A stretch of DNA of 64,000 nt, taken from assembly GCA_038147375.2 (NCBI GenBank), contig JAYQTL020000005.1, positions 10,218 through 74,217 of the forward strand, written 5' to 3'. The notes beneath the pieces are model-generated. The model was not told the origin of the DNA. It did not search any database and saw nothing but the letters and a program-made list of their open reading frames with translations. The position numbers and the translations under genes were made by a program. Within the stretch, counting starts at the first letter, position 1; every line of letters starts with the position of its first letter. Positions 49,593 through 60,400 of this stretch are shown in pieces. The DNA is from Candidatus Hypereutrophica brisbanensis. Lineage in GTDB: Bacteria; Pseudomonadota; Alphaproteobacteria; Pelagibacterales; Pelagibacteraceae.

Positions 49593-51247
49593 TGTTTAAT
49601 TTAAAGGCTGGGTACTTTTACTTATTAGCAGTAAGGATTTTATCTTGGCGTTTTATTAAACAACTTTATTTTAATACTAGCTATTACAATAATTCTCTTA
49701 AGACAAAAACTCCTGAGAAATTATACTTCTACCCTAACCCCTATTTACTTTCTTCATTTATAAATCAAAAAATATTTAATTTTAAACTTTCAAAGATTGA
49801 TGAAGAAAATTTTTGGACTCATCATAAAGACCCCAAAGAAGAAGAAAATTTGAATAGTTTTTTTTGGTTAAATTTAATTAACCGAAAAAATAGTGGCTTA
49901 GTGGTTCAACAAATAATAACGAATTGGATCAACTTAAATAGAAAATATAATCATAAAACTTGGAATAGTCTTAATACAAGCAAAAGAGTTTTGGCCTGGC
50001 TACTTAATGCAGATATTATTCTTAATCATGGAGATAAGTCTTTTAGAGATAAATTCTTTAACTCCATTATAAGTCAAGTAAATCATTTAAAAAAAATTCT
50101 TAATAGCGAACATGATCCTGTAAAAAAAATTGAAATTATTTCTGCAATAATATTATCGGGCTTAGTTTTTAAAGATTACAATAATAACTTTGAAATAGGA
50201 CTTAAATTATTAAAAAATATAGTTGAAGATTTTTTTGATAATGATGGTGCACCAATTAGTCGAGATATTTATGATTTAGTTCAGTGCTCAAAATTTTTAA
50301 TAATTATCAAAGAGTGTTGTAGAGATGCTCAGGAATATATTCCTGACTATTTAGATGATATTGTTCAAAAAATAGTTGTTTGCGTTTATTCACTTAAAAA
50401 CCCAACGGATAAAAGCCCACTCTTTAATGGTGCTAGTGAATTTAAATTAGATACCTATTTAGAATATTTAGATGGCTTAAATTATAAACCTAAAGAATTA
50501 TTAAAAAAAGTAAGTAATATTTTTATAGCTAGAGGTAAAAAAAATTTACTATTTTTTGATATTGGCTCACCTCCTAAAAGAACTTATTCCAATAATTATC
50601 AACTTGGCCCCTTGTCATTTGAATACTTTAATGAAGGAAAAAAAATTATAACAAATTGTGGCTATGGACATAAAATATCTAGAAAATTAGAGTTTATAAG
50701 TCGATTAACTTCAGCTCAATCGACCCTAACTTTAAACGACACTTCAGTTTTAAATTTTGAAAAAAACAATTTAATTTATGAGGCTTTTGGTTCGACTATC
50801 TCCTCTTCTTTTAAAGTTTTTGACTTTAAAGAAAATGACGAAAATAATTATTTAACTCTTTCAGCTAAACACGATGCTTATAAAGATAAATTTAATTACA
50901 TTCATGAAAGGACTATTAAAATTGATAAAAAAACTAATGATTTATTTGGAGAAGATAATTTAACCACAGATCACATGGGATCAAAAACAGATAATTTCTA
51001 CCACATTAGATTTCACCTTTATCCTGGAGTTAATGCAGTACAAACTATGGGAAAAAATTCAATATTGGTTCAAATTGACAAGAGCAAATCATTAATTTTC
51101 AAGGCTAATGAAGAAAATCTTAGCTTAGAAAAAAGTATATTTTTAGGAAGAAATAAAATAGTTAATAATTTTTGTATAACAATTACAGGTATTCTTGAAA
51201 AAAATAAAAATAAAACAATTAAATGGGAATTAAAAAGAAATAACTAA
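49592..51247 (+). CDS. Heparinase II/III-like protein
   Basis: LSFE....K.IITNCG, T.A.STL, IRFHLYP; typical position upstream of purH in alphaproteobacteria. Confidence 0.8.
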   Translation: MFNLKAGYFYLLAVRILSWRFIKQLYFNTSYYNNSLKTKTPEKLYFYPNPYLLSSFINQKIFNFKLSKIDEENFWTHHKDPKEEENLNSFFWLNLINRKNSGLVVQQIITNWINLNRKYNHKTWNSLNTSKRVLAWLLNADIILNHGDKSFRDKFFNSIISQVNHLKKILNSEHDPVKKIEIISAIILSGLVFKDYNNNFEIGLKLLKNIVEDFFDNDGAPISRDIYDLVQCSKFLIIIKECCRDAQEYIPDYLDDIVQKIVVCVYSLKNPTDKSPLFNGASEFKLDTYLEYLDGLNYKPKELLKKVSNIFIARGKKNLLFFDIGSPPKRTYSNNYQLGPLSFEYFNEGKKIITNCGYGHKISRKLEFISRLTSAQSTLTLNDTSVLNFEKNNLIYEAFGSTISSSFKVFDFKENDENNYLTLSAKHDAYKDKFNYIHERTIKIDKKTNDLFGEDNLTTDHMGSKTDNFYHIRFHLYPGVNAVQTMGKNSILVQIDKSKSLIFKANEENLSLEKSIFLGRNKIVNNFCITITGILEKNKNKTIKWELKRNN

Positions 51248-52800
51248 TGAGTACTCAAAAAATTCGAACTGCATTAATTTCTGTTTCAGATAAAACTGAT
51301 TTATCTGGTGTTCTTAAAACACTACACAAATATAAAGTAAAAATTATTAGCTCTGGAGGGACTTATAAAACTATAAAAGATCTTGGATATGCTTGCACAG
51401 AAGTATCTGCTTACACAGGTTTTAAAGAAATGCTTGATGGGAGAGTTAAAACTTTACATCCAAAAATACATGCTGGCATTCTTCATGACCGTTCTAATAA
51501 GCAGCATGCTAAAGAAATGCATAAACAAAATTTTCCTTCTTTAGATTTAATTATTGTTAATTTTTATCCATTTCAGAAAATTGTTCTTAATTCTAAGAAT
51601 AATAAAGACATTATAGAAAATATTGATATTGGCGGACCAACCATGGTTAGAGCTGCAGCGAAAAATTTTAATAATGTTTTAATCATTACAAATAAAAATG
51701 ATTATGCAGATTTAATAAATGAAATAGAAAAAAATAAAGGCAAAACATCACTTAACTTTAGAGAATACATGTCTAGCAAAGCATTTGGTTTAACTGCTTA
51801 CTATGATGCTATGATCGCTAATTGGTTTAACAAAAAGTTAAACATTAAATTTCCTGAAAGAAAAACGATATTTGGACGTAAATTATCTGAACTTAGATAT
51901 GGTGAAAATCCTCATCAAAAAAGCTCTATTTATGTAAGTGATTACAATGATAAGGAGCTAAATTTAAAACAACTTAATGGCAAGGAACTTAGTTACAATA
52001 ACTATAATGATATCTATGCTTCATTAGATATTTTAGATTCTTTTAAAAAAATTTCAGCTACAGTAATAATTAAACATGCTAACCCTTGTGGAGTTTCAAT
52101 AAATAGATCTCCAATTATCTCTTTTAAAAACGCTTACGCATGTGACCCAGTTAGTGCTTTTGGTGGCGTTATTGCTTGTAATTTTAAAGTTAATAAAGCA
52201 ATTGCTAATGAAATTAACAAAAATTTTCTTGAAGTTATTTTAGCTAAAGGATTTGAAAAAGATGCTCTTAAAATTTTACGTAAAAAGAAAAATCTAAGAG
52301 TAATAGATATTTCAAAATTTAAGACAAAAAATCAAACTACTTTTAAAACATTTGATGGTTCTTTCTTAATGCAAGAAAAAGATAAACCTATTTTTTACAA
52401 AAAAAATCTTAAAACAATGACAAAAAACAAACCAACATCAAAAGAATTAAAAGAGATGGAATTTGCATTTAATATTTCAAAATTTGTTAAATCAAATGCA
52501 ATAGTTTTAACAAATGATTTTTCTACTATCGGCATAGGTGCTGGCCAACCTTCTAGACTTGATAGTTGTAAAATTGCTATTCAAAAAGCAAAATTATTTC
52601 AGCCAAAAAAGATTAAAAATTCCGTTGCAGCATCTGATGCTTTTTTCCCTTTTGCTGATGGAGTCAAATTACTAATTAATGCTGGTGTAAAAAAGATTGT
52701 GCAGCCAGGTGGATCGATTAGAGACCAAGAAGTAATAAACGCTGCTAATAAATCAAATGCTAAGATGATTTTTACTAATATTAGACATTTTAATCATTAA
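51247..52800 (+). CDS. purH: Bifunctional AICAR transformylase / IMP cyclohydrolase
   Basis: ALISVSDK, GRVKTLHP, IDIGGP, LRYGENPHQ, SDAFFPF. Confidence 0.97.
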   Translation: MSTQKIRTALISVSDKTDLSGVLKTLHKYKVKIISSGGTYKTIKDLGYACTEVSAYTGFKEMLDGRVKTLHPKIHAGILHDRSNKQHAKEMHKQNFPSLDLIIVNFYPFQKIVLNSKNNKDIIENIDIGGPTMVRAAAKNFNNVLIITNKNDYADLINEIEKNKGKTSLNFREYMSSKAFGLTAYYDAMIANWFNKKLNIKFPERKTIFGRKLSELRYGENPHQKSSIYVSDYNDKELNLKQLNGKELSYNNYNDIYASLDILDSFKKISATVIIKHANPCGVSINRSPIISFKNAYACDPVSAFGGVIACNFKVNKAIANEINKNFLEVILAKGFEKDALKILRKKKNLRVIDISKFKTKNQTTFKTFDGSFLMQEKDKPIFYKKNLKTMTKNKPTSKELKEMEFAFNISKFVKSNAIVLTNDFSTIGIGAGQPSRLDSCKIAIQKAKLFQPKKIKNSVAASDAFFPFADGVKLLINAGVKKIVQPGGSIRDQEVINAANKSNAKMIFTNIRHFNH

Positions 52801-53136
52801 CTAAATTTGATCAATTTTTGCTGCTAAAATAAAATCACTTTCAGCTAAACCTTTAATTGCATGTGTAAAAATTTTAATTTTTGCATAACCCCAACCAAAT
52901 AAAATATCTGGATGATGGCCTTCAGTCTCAGCTATCTCTCCTACTTTATTGATAAAAATTTGACTTTCCTTAAAATTTTTAAACTTAAATTCTTTTTCTA
53001 AGTAATAATTTTCATCATTATTACTTTTAACATCCCAACCATCTATTTTTTTTAAGTATTTATGAATTTCACTAACATCAAATGGAATAGTATTTCCATC
53101 ACAGGCAACACATTTTTTTTTATGAAGAGGATCCAT
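52801..53136 (-). CDS. Pterin-4-alpha-carbinolamine dehydratase
   Basis: F.FKNF, E.EGHHPD, THAI.GL...DFILAAKID. Confidence 0.92.
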   Translation of the reverse strand: MDPLHKKKCVACDGNTIPFDVSEIHKYLKKIDGWDVKSNNDENYYLEKEFKFKNFKESQIFINKVGEIAETEGHHPDILFGWGYAKIKIFTHAIKGLAESDFILAAKIDQI

Positions 53137-53143
53137 ATTTTCA

Positions 53144-53218
53144 TGGAGCGGGCAAAGGGGCTCGAACCCTCGACCTTCTCGTTGGCAACGAGACGCTCTA
53201 CCACTGAGCTATGCCCGC
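53144..53218 (-). tRNA. tRNA-Gly (GCC)
   Basis: GCGGGCATAGCTCAGTGGTAGAGCGTCTCGTTGCCAACGAGAAGGTCGAGGGTTCGAGCCCCTTTGCCCGCTCCA: cloverleaf, GCC anticodon, encoded CCA. Confidence 0.97.
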
Positions 53219-53281
53219 AAAATTTAGTTAATATAATACATTATTTTTAAAATGGTCAACATAATGTTATAAGATTACTAA

Positions 53282-53917
53282 ATGAAAGCAATAGATTTAC
53301 CAAAAACAATTCCTGTGTTTCCTTTAAGTGGTGTGATTTTTTTTCCAAACACAAATTTACCACTTAATATATTTGAGCCGAGATACTTAGCATTAGTTAG
53401 TGATTGCATGAAATCAAATAAATATATGGGAATGATACAAGCTAAACATAATACATCAGACGTTTATTCAGTAGGGTGTCTTGGAAAAATAACAGAACAT
53501 AAAACAACAAATGATGGTCGTCTTTTAATTAATCTTGTCGGCGTAACAAGATTTCAAATTAAATCTGAGTTAAATAATAATAAACTTTATAGAGAATTTA
53601 TAGTTGATTATGAAAAATTTTCAGATGACCTAAAAAAAGTTAATGAAGAGATAAAATCTTTTGATGAAGTAAGTGAATTGTACAAAAAAACAAAAATCTT
53701 TTTTAAAAAAAATGGTTTGTTGCTTAACTGGAATGAATTTGAAAAATTAGACGAAAATCAAAGAATAAACACGCTAGCAATGATTGCGCCAATTTCTAAT
53801 GAAGAAAAACAAACGATTTTAGAATCAGTACAATTAAAAACAAAAACTAAAACCTTATCTGAAATTATTAATTTTTATCTTCACGATCAAACTGAAAATA
53901 AAGCTACACTGCAGTAA
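53282..53917 (+). CDS. Lon peptidase N-terminal (substrate-binding) domain protein
   Basis: PVFPL.G..FFP...LPLNIFEPRY, VGCLG.I, DGR..I.L.G..RF. Confidence 0.9.
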   Translation: MKAIDLPKTIPVFPLSGVIFFPNTNLPLNIFEPRYLALVSDCMKSNKYMGMIQAKHNTSDVYSVGCLGKITEHKTTNDGRLLINLVGVTRFQIKSELNNNKLYREFIVDYEKFSDDLKKVNEEIKSFDEVSELYKKTKIFFKKNGLLLNWNEFEKLDENQRINTLAMIAPISNEEKQTILESVQLKTKTKTLSEIINFYLHDQTENKATLQ

Positions 53918-55057
53918 CTAAAATACAATTCCTGTATCTGAAATCTTTTTACTAATTTTTTTTATAAAATTAAAATTTTTAACATTTTGTAAAACTAAAT
54001 TTCTAATTGGAGATATATGCTTCCTATCTTTAAAAAATAAATTAGTTAAATTTATCCCAAGACTAAGCATGGTATTTTCAGGTTTCCTTGAATTGTAAAA
54101 ATCTTTTAGGATGTAAGTATTTTTTAAAGAAATACCTAAATTATTGTTTTTTAATAGAAGACTTTCTAATTTTCTAATATCTCTTAATATTAAATTAAAT
54201 CCCTGCCCTGCCATTGGATGAATAGCATGAAGTCCATCTCCTAATATTAAAACATTTTTTTTAAAATATTTTGTTTTTAGGTTAAGAAAAATTGGGAAAG
54301 AACTTATGTTATTAATTTTTATTATCTTAATATTTTGTAAAATATTTTTGATCTTATTTTTTAATATCAATCTTAGATTTTTTGAATTAGCTCTAAAAAA
54401 TTCAGAATCTACACTCCAAACAACTGAAAAAATATTTTTTTGAATTGGTAAAATTGCTAAAGGTCCTTCTTTCAAAAAATATTGGGCTGCCGAAATGACC
54501 TGTGATTTATGATGGATAGTAGTTGTAACTGAAAATTCTTTATAATTTTTTTCGATATCTCTATTTTCAGCAATTTTATCATATAATTTTGACCTGCTTC
54601 CAATACACAAAATAATTAAATCATATTCATAAGATTTTGCTTTAGTTTCAATGCTACTTGTTTGATAGTTAATTGAAGTAATTTTTTTTTTAATAACTTT
54701 AATATTTTTATTTTTTAAAAGCTTTTTATTAAGAAAATTTTTTAATTCTTCATTTTTATAGATGAACATTAATTTTTTTTCTTTTTCATCTAAATTCAAA
54801 AAATTAAATATCTTATTGTTGTCTTCATAAAATAATTTAACTTCTTTGATTGGAAAAAAAATATTCTTATTAACTTCTAATTTATCAATTAAATATTTAT
54901 AATTAGTCTCTGATATGGCTGTCGTCCTTAAATCTTTTAAAGGTTTTGAGGAAATTTTAGGTGAGCAATAAAAGTCTATTTTAATATTTTGTTTAGCTAA
55001 AATATTAGCGGTTGTTAATCCGCTTAGCCCGTCTCCAATAATACAAATTTTTTGCAT
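53918..55057 (-). CDS. UbiH/UbiF family FAD-dependent hydroxylase
   Basis: GDGLSG, DLRTTA, GPLAILP, GDGLHAIHPMAGQGFNL..RD. Confidence 0.88.
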   Translation of the reverse strand: MQKICIIGDGLSGLTTANILAKQNIKIDFYCSPKISSKPLKDLRTTAISETNYKYLIDKLEVNKNIFFPIKEVKLFYEDNNKIFNFLNLDEKEKKLMFIYKNEELKNFLNKKLLKNKNIKVIKKKITSINYQTSSIETKAKSYEYDLIILCIGSRSKLYDKIAENRDIEKNYKEFSVTTTIHHKSQVISAAQYFLKEGPLAILPIQKNIFSVVWSVDSEFFRANSKNLRLILKNKIKNILQNIKIIKINNISSFPIFLNLKTKYFKKNVLILGDGLHAIHPMAGQGFNLILRDIRKLESLLLKNNNLGISLKNTYILKDFYNSRKPENTMLSLGINLTNLFFKDRKHISPIRNLVLQNVKNFNFIKKISKKISDTGIVF

Positions 55058-55129
55058 AATTTTTTAAAAAAATTTTATCAATTAAATAAAAATGATACAA
55101 AGTAAAATAAATGATTCGATAACTAAACA

Positions 55130-57221
55130 ATGATTTACAATAAAATATTAGATTTTTTGAAAAATAGAACCATTGAATTAGTCGGCTTAATAATAGTATC
55201 TGCAGCTATTGTTTTAAGCATTTCTTTTTTTTCATATTCACCTGCAGATCCGTCCTATGTCTATAATGCAGAAAATGTTCAAATAAACAATCTATTAGGA
55301 ATTTATGGTGGCTTAGTAGCTGACTTTCTACTTCAAAGCTTTGGTCTCATATCTTTCATGATTCTGATTACATTCTTATCTTGGGGTATTCATTTAATAG
55401 TGAAAAAATCTATTTCAAATATATTAACTAAAAGTCTTTTTGTAGTTTTATATATTATTTTTGGCTCTACCTTAATTTATTCAACTTTTAATAATTCATT
55501 TTGGTTGATTGACAATGGTAACTCTGGATTTGTTGGGCACTTTATTTATAATTTTACTATAAATTATATTCCAATACTTAAAAATCAATATACGCCTTTT
55601 GTATTAATAGTTTTAACATTAATATTTTTTTTACTTGCATCTGAAATAAATTTTAGAATTTTTTTAAATGCAATAAAAAAGATTTTTAATCTATTTAGTA
55701 AGAAAAATATTACCCCAGTTGCTGAAAATATTAATACTGAAGAAATTGATGAAGAAAAAGATTTACCTTTAGAAGAAAAAAAACAACGATCTTTTCTTTT
55801 TGAAAAAATAATAGAAAAAAAAAGAAAAACCAAAAGAGAATAATTTAAAAGAATTTAAGCTTCCTTCAGTTGAGCTTTTAGAAAAACCTCCTTCAAAATT
55901 AAATTTACTTGATCAATCTAAAAATAGACCAGAAGGTGAATTTATTGAAAAAGTTCTTCTAGACTTTGGAGTCGATGGTAAAATTAAAAAAATTAACAAT
56001 GGACCTGTTGTAAGCTTATATGAATTTGAACCAGCTCCAGGTGTAAAGGTTTCTAAAATAATAAATTTATCTGATGATTTAGCTAGAAACACTAGTTCAA
56101 CATCAGCTCGTGTATCTACCATTCCTGGAAAAAATACAGTTGGAATTGAAATTCCTAATGAGTCTAGAGAAAGTGTATATTTAAAAGAAATTGTTACTAA
56201 CGAAAAATTTCAAAAAAAAGAAATCAAACTTCCAATCGCTCTAGGTAAAAGTATATCTGGTATGCCTTTGATTGGAGACTTAACTACTATGCCTCATTTA
56301 CTAATCGCTGGAACTACGGGATCTGGAAAATCTGTTTGTATTAATACGATTATAGTTTCTCTTCTATACAAACTGAGTCCTGAACTATGTAAATTTATTT
56401 TAATAGACCCAAAAATGCTAGAGCTTTCCGCTTATGAAGGTATTCCACACTTATTGTCTCCAGTTATTACCGACTCTAAGAAAGCTGCTTCTGCACTCGG
56501 TTGGACAGTTAGAGAAATGAATAGTAGGTACAAATTGATGAGTAGAGAAGGTGTCAGAAACATAGATGGCTATAATGCAAAGCATAAGCTTAAAATGCCT
56601 TATATTGTTGTCGTAGTTGATGAAATGTCTGACTTGATGCTTGTGGCAGGAAAAGAAATTGAAAACTACATACAAAAATTATCTCAGATGGCAAGAGCGG
56701 CAGGTATTCATATTATCATGGCCACGCAACGACCTAGTGTTGATGTTATCACTGGAACAATTAAGGCTAACTTTCCAACTAGAATATCTTTTCGAGTAAG
56801 TTCTAAAATCGATAGCAGAACTATACTAGGTGAACAAGGTGCTGAACAATTATTGGGTAATGGAGATATGTTGTTTATGTCTTCAGCTAATAGAATAGTT
56901 CGAATTCATGGTCCATACGTATCTGAAAAAGAAATTGAAAAAATTACAAATATTCTTCGGGCTCAAGGAGAACCAGATTATATTGATGAGATTACAGCAA
57001 ATGATAAAGTAGAAAGCTCTATTTCAGATACAGATGGGGAAACCGACGATTTATACAATGAAGCCCTAGATATTGTTAAAACAGAAGGAAAGGCATCTAC
57101 TAGCTTTTTACAAAGAAAATTACAAATTGGTTATAACCGGGCGGCTCGAATTATTGATATGATGGAAGAAAAAGGTATTGTAAGTAAAGCTAATCATGTT
57201 GGTAAAAGAGAGGTTTTATAA
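55130..57221 (+). CDS. ftsK: DNA translocase FtsK, 1-base frameshift in A9 run at 55815-55823
   Basis: N-terminal 4TM domain (N.LG.YG..VAD); after removing one A: [36 protein letters not shown], gamma domain [10 protein letters not shown]. Confidence 0.93.
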
Positions 57222-57224
57222 ATT

Positions 57225-57779
57225 TTGTACAAAAAATTTTTTTTTTTCCTATTTATTTTCTATTTAAGTATTCTAGAACTAAACGCTAATGAAAAAAATT
57301 TCATTATAGATCAACTTATATCTACTAATAATCTCAATTTTGATTTTACTCAAACATCTAATGAAAAAACTGAAAAGGGTAATTGCACTTTAGTTTTTAA
57401 TAATAAACTTCATTGTAAGTATAATGATGAATATCAAAAAGAAATTCTAATAAAAGAGGATTCATTAATAGTCACACAAAAAAGATATAATAAGCAATTC
57501 TTTTATCCTCTCAAAAACTCTCCATTTGTAAAAATTTTAAATAAAGAAAATTTAATCAATATAATTAAAGATGCTAATTTAAATATTAATGAAAGAATTG
57601 AACTGAATTATATCTCTGAAAGTGAAATTACTGTTTATTTTAATAAATCAGATTATACTTTATTAGGTTGGCAAATTACAGATAACTTTCAAAATCAAAT
57701 TAATTTTTTTATAAAAATTTTGTCAATGAATGTGATGATAGATAATAATATCTTTAAAACACCTAAGATTAATCAATAA
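57225..57779 (+). CDS. lolA: Outer-membrane lipoprotein carrier LolA-like
   Basis: Signal peptide, F.FTQ, YPL..SP; directly after ftsK as usual. Confidence 0.75.
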   Translation: MYKKFFFFLFIFYLSILELNANEKNFIIDQLISTNNLNFDFTQTSNEKTEKGNCTLVFNNKLHCKYNDEYQKEILIKEDSLIVTQKRYNKQFFYPLKNSPFVKILNKENLINIIKDANLNINERIELNYISESEITVYFNKSDYTLLGWQITDNFQNQINFFIKILSMNVMIDNNIFKTPKINQ

Positions 57780-58279
57780 CTAAAATTAATTTCTTCTTCT
57801 CTAAAAACTTTAAAACCTCTTGATAGATAATTCCTTAATGCATTTTTGTGATCTAATGTACAAGTGTGTACCCACAACCTTTTAATCTTCTCATTAAAAG
57901 CTTGGCTAATTATGTGCTTTAAAAGCATTGAGCCAAGATTTTTACCTTGGTACTCCTTTAAAATGCCCATTTGGATAAGCTCAATTTCAAAAGAGGAACT
58001 GTGGTGTTCTTGCTCATAAAAACCCACTAAATCATCATTTTTTTTCATTATTCCAGTAATCAGATTAGGATTGTTTATATATCTTTCCCACTCTTTATCA
58101 GACCATAGTAATCGGTCTCTCCAAAAATGATCTTTGCCAATTTGTCTGTAAAAAAATTTATTTATATTTATGTCTTTATTTTTATCTAAAATAATTTGGA
58201 TGTCTGAAGGCAAAACTGCTTTTTCTAATTTTAAATTTTCTTTTTTTATTTCAAGAAAATATCTTTTTACTTTAGGCAT
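57773..58279 (-). CDS. GNAT family N-acetyltransferase
   Basis: G.L.EYQGKNLG acetyl-CoA motif, RLWVHTCTLDH..AL.NY..RGF. Confidence 0.88.
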   Translation of the reverse strand: MPKVKRYFLEIKKENLKLEKAVLPSDIQIILDKNKDININKFFYRQIGKDHFWRDRLLWSDKEWERYINNPNLITGIMKKNDDLVGFYEQEHHSSSFEIELIQMGILKEYQGKNLGSMLLKHIISQAFNEKIKRLWVHTCTLDHKNALRNYLSRGFKVFREEEINFSY

Positions 58280-58290
58280 TGGTAAGACAA

Positions 58291-58653
58291 CTAACTAACC
58301 ATTTTACCAATCTTTTCACCACCAAAAATGTGATAATGTAAGTGAGGTACTTCTTGCCCTCCATTTTGACTAATATTGCTTAAAACTCTATAGCCACCTT
58401 CTGCATTTGATATTTTAAGTAATTTTGTAACATGACTAATAGCTTTATTGAATTCAACTATTTCTTTGTCCGAAGCAGCTTCATTAAAATGATCTAAATC
58501 TACATAAGGACCTTTAGGAATTACTAATACATGAATTTTTTTTTGAGGATTAATATCATGAAAAGATAATACATATTCATTTTCATAAACTTTCTTACAT
58601 GGAATTTCACCACGTAAAATTTTTGCAAATATATTATTTTTATCGTAGTTCAT
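58291..58653 (-). CDS. Histidine triad (HIT) nucleotide-binding protein
   Basis: NIFAKILRGEIP, QEVPHLHYHI. Confidence 0.93.
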   Translation of the reverse strand: MNYDKNNIFAKILRGEIPCKKVYENEYVLSFHDINPQKKIHVLVIPKGPYVDLDHFNEAASDKEIVEFNKAISHVTKLLKISNAEGGYRVLSNISQNGGQEVPHLHYHIFGGEKIGKMVS

Positions 58654-58922
58654 TTTTGACGTTTTTTTAATTCATTCATTACATCTTCAATTTTAATATC
58701 ATTCGCTTCAAGATAAACCATTAAATGATAAATAACATCCGCTGCTTCATGTATTTTATTTGAATTTTGTTCTACCGACTCAATTAATTCTCCAATTTCT
58801 TCTTTAACTTTTTCAACACTTAAATTTTTATCGTTAAGAAGTTTATTAGTATATGATTTATCTGGGGAAGAATTTTTTCTTTCTCTAATAGTTTTTATTA
58901 ATTGTTCTAGATTTTTAAACAT
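58650..58922 (-). CDS. hisE: Phosphoribosyl-ATP pyrophosphatase
   Basis: SYT.KLL, KV.EE..E, EAAD..YH. Confidence 0.93.
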   Translation of the reverse strand: MFKNLEQLIKTIRERKNSSPDKSYTNKLLNDKNLSVEKVKEEIGELIESVEQNSNKIHEAADVIYHLMVYLEANDIKIEDVMNELKKRQK

Positions 58923-58923
58923 T

Positions 58924-59682
58924 TTATAATCTTACCGATACATTCTTAGAATTCAAATATTCTTTAGCGTCTTTAATTTTGTGTTCTCCATAATGAAATA
59001 TCGAAGCAGCAAGTACGGCGCTAGCGCCACCTTTAACAATACCATCATGTAGATGTTCTAATGTTCCAACTCCACCAGATGCGATTACAGGTATGTTGGT
59101 GCTACTCGTCACCGCTTGTAAAAGATCAATATCGTAGCCAGATTTAGTCCCATCCTTATCCATCGATGTTAGCAGGATTTCTCCTGCTCCATTTGTTTCA
59201 GCATCTTTAGCAAATTTTATAGCATCTATGCCTGTTTTGTTCCTTCCGCCATGAGTAAATACTTCCCATTTTTGATCTGAAACTTTTTTTGCATCAATAG
59301 CTACTACTATGCACTGTGAACCAAATTTTTTTGAAGCTTCTTTTACAAAACCAATATTATTTACAGCAGCTGTATTAATAGAAACCTTATCTGCACCAGC
59401 TAAAAGTAAATCGGTAATATTTTGGATGGTTCTAACGCCCCCGCCAACTGTTAGTGGTACGAAACATGCTTTTGCAGTTTTTCTAACTATTTCTACAATA
59501 GTTTCTCTATTTTCATTTGATGCGGTAATATCCAAAAAACAAATTTCATCAGCACCACCTTCGCTGTAAATTTTAGCTTGTTCAACTGGATCACCAGCAT
59601 CTTTTAATTCTACAAAATTAATTCCCTTAACAACTCTTCCATTCTTAACATCTAAACAAGGAATAATTCTATTTTTAAGCAT
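58924..59682 (-). CDS. hisF: Imidazole glycerol phosphate synthase cyclase subunit
   Basis: [28 protein letters not shown]. Confidence 0.97.
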   Translation of the reverse strand: MLKNRIIPCLDVKNGRVVKGINFVELKDAGDPVEQAKIYSEGGADEICFLDITASNENRETIVEIVRKTAKACFVPLTVGGGVRTIQNITDLLLAGADKVSINTAAVNNIGFVKEASKKFGSQCIVVAIDAKKVSDQKWEVFTHGGRNKTGIDAIKFAKDAETNGAGEILLTSMDKDGTKSGYDIDLLQAVTSSTNIPVIASGGVGTLEHLHDGIVKGGASAVLAASIFHYGEHKIKDAKEYLNSKNVSVRL

Positions 59683-60400
59683 CAATCTCCTTTGCTAATT
59701 CTTCTAGCTTAATATCTCCATCATAAATTGCTTTACCAACTATTATGCCTTCAATGTTTCTACTTTTTAATTCTTTTGCCTTTTTAATATCTGTCATTGA
59801 AGAAACACCACCTGAGATAACTACTGGGCAATTTGATTGTTCTGCTATTTTTACAGTTTCATCAAAATTTGGGCTGGCTTTCATTCCGTCTCTATTGATA
59901 TCTGTATAAATTATCCTACTAACACCAAAAGCATTTATTTCTTTTAGAAAGTCTAGAGTTTGAATTTTTAAATTTTCTTTCCATCCAGACACAGATAAAT
60001 TTCCATCTTTTGCATCTAAACCTAAGGCAATTTTGTCTTTAAATTTATTACAAGCTTCTTTTAAAAAATTTTTATCTTTTATTGCTGCACTTCCTAAAAT
60101 TACTTTTTCGACACCAATATCGATATACTCTTGAATACTTTCTAACGTTCTAATGCCGCCACCGATTTCAATTTTTAAGCCACTTTGTTTAACTATGTCT
60201 TTTATAACATCTAAATTAATTGTTTTACCTGATAGTGCACCATCAAGGTCTACGATATGCAAATTTTTAAATCCTTTATTTTTGTACTCTTTAGCTTGAT
60301 CAATAGGTGATGTTTCGTACTCTGTCTTTTTTTCAAAATCTCCTTTGATAAGTCTTACACATTTCTTATCTTTGATATCTATTGCAGGAAATATTTTCAT
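59675..60400 (-). CDS. hisA: ProFAR isomerase
   Basis: [27 protein letters not shown]. Confidence 0.96.
   Translation of the reverse strand: MKIFPAIDIKDKKCVRLIKGDFEKKTEYETSPIDQAKEYKNKGFKNLHIVDLDGALSGKTINLDVIKDIVKQSGLKIEIGGGIRTLESIQEYIDIGVEKVILGSAAIKDKNFLKEACNKFKDKIALGLDAKDGNLSVSGWKENLKIQTLDFLKEINAFGVSRIIYTDINRDGMKASPNFDETVKIAEQSNCPVVISGGVSSMTDIKKAKELKSRNIEGIIVGKAIYDGDIKLEELAKEIDA

Noticed and set aside
53144-53218. tRNA-Gly as an integration site for an island
   Set aside because: No integrase, no duplicated tRNA 3' end seen, and flanks are housekeeping genes
53062-53250. 62-aa ORF across the tRNA
   Set aside because: Antisense to tRNA-Gly and the pterin dehydratase gene; a typical spurious tRNA-shadow ORF
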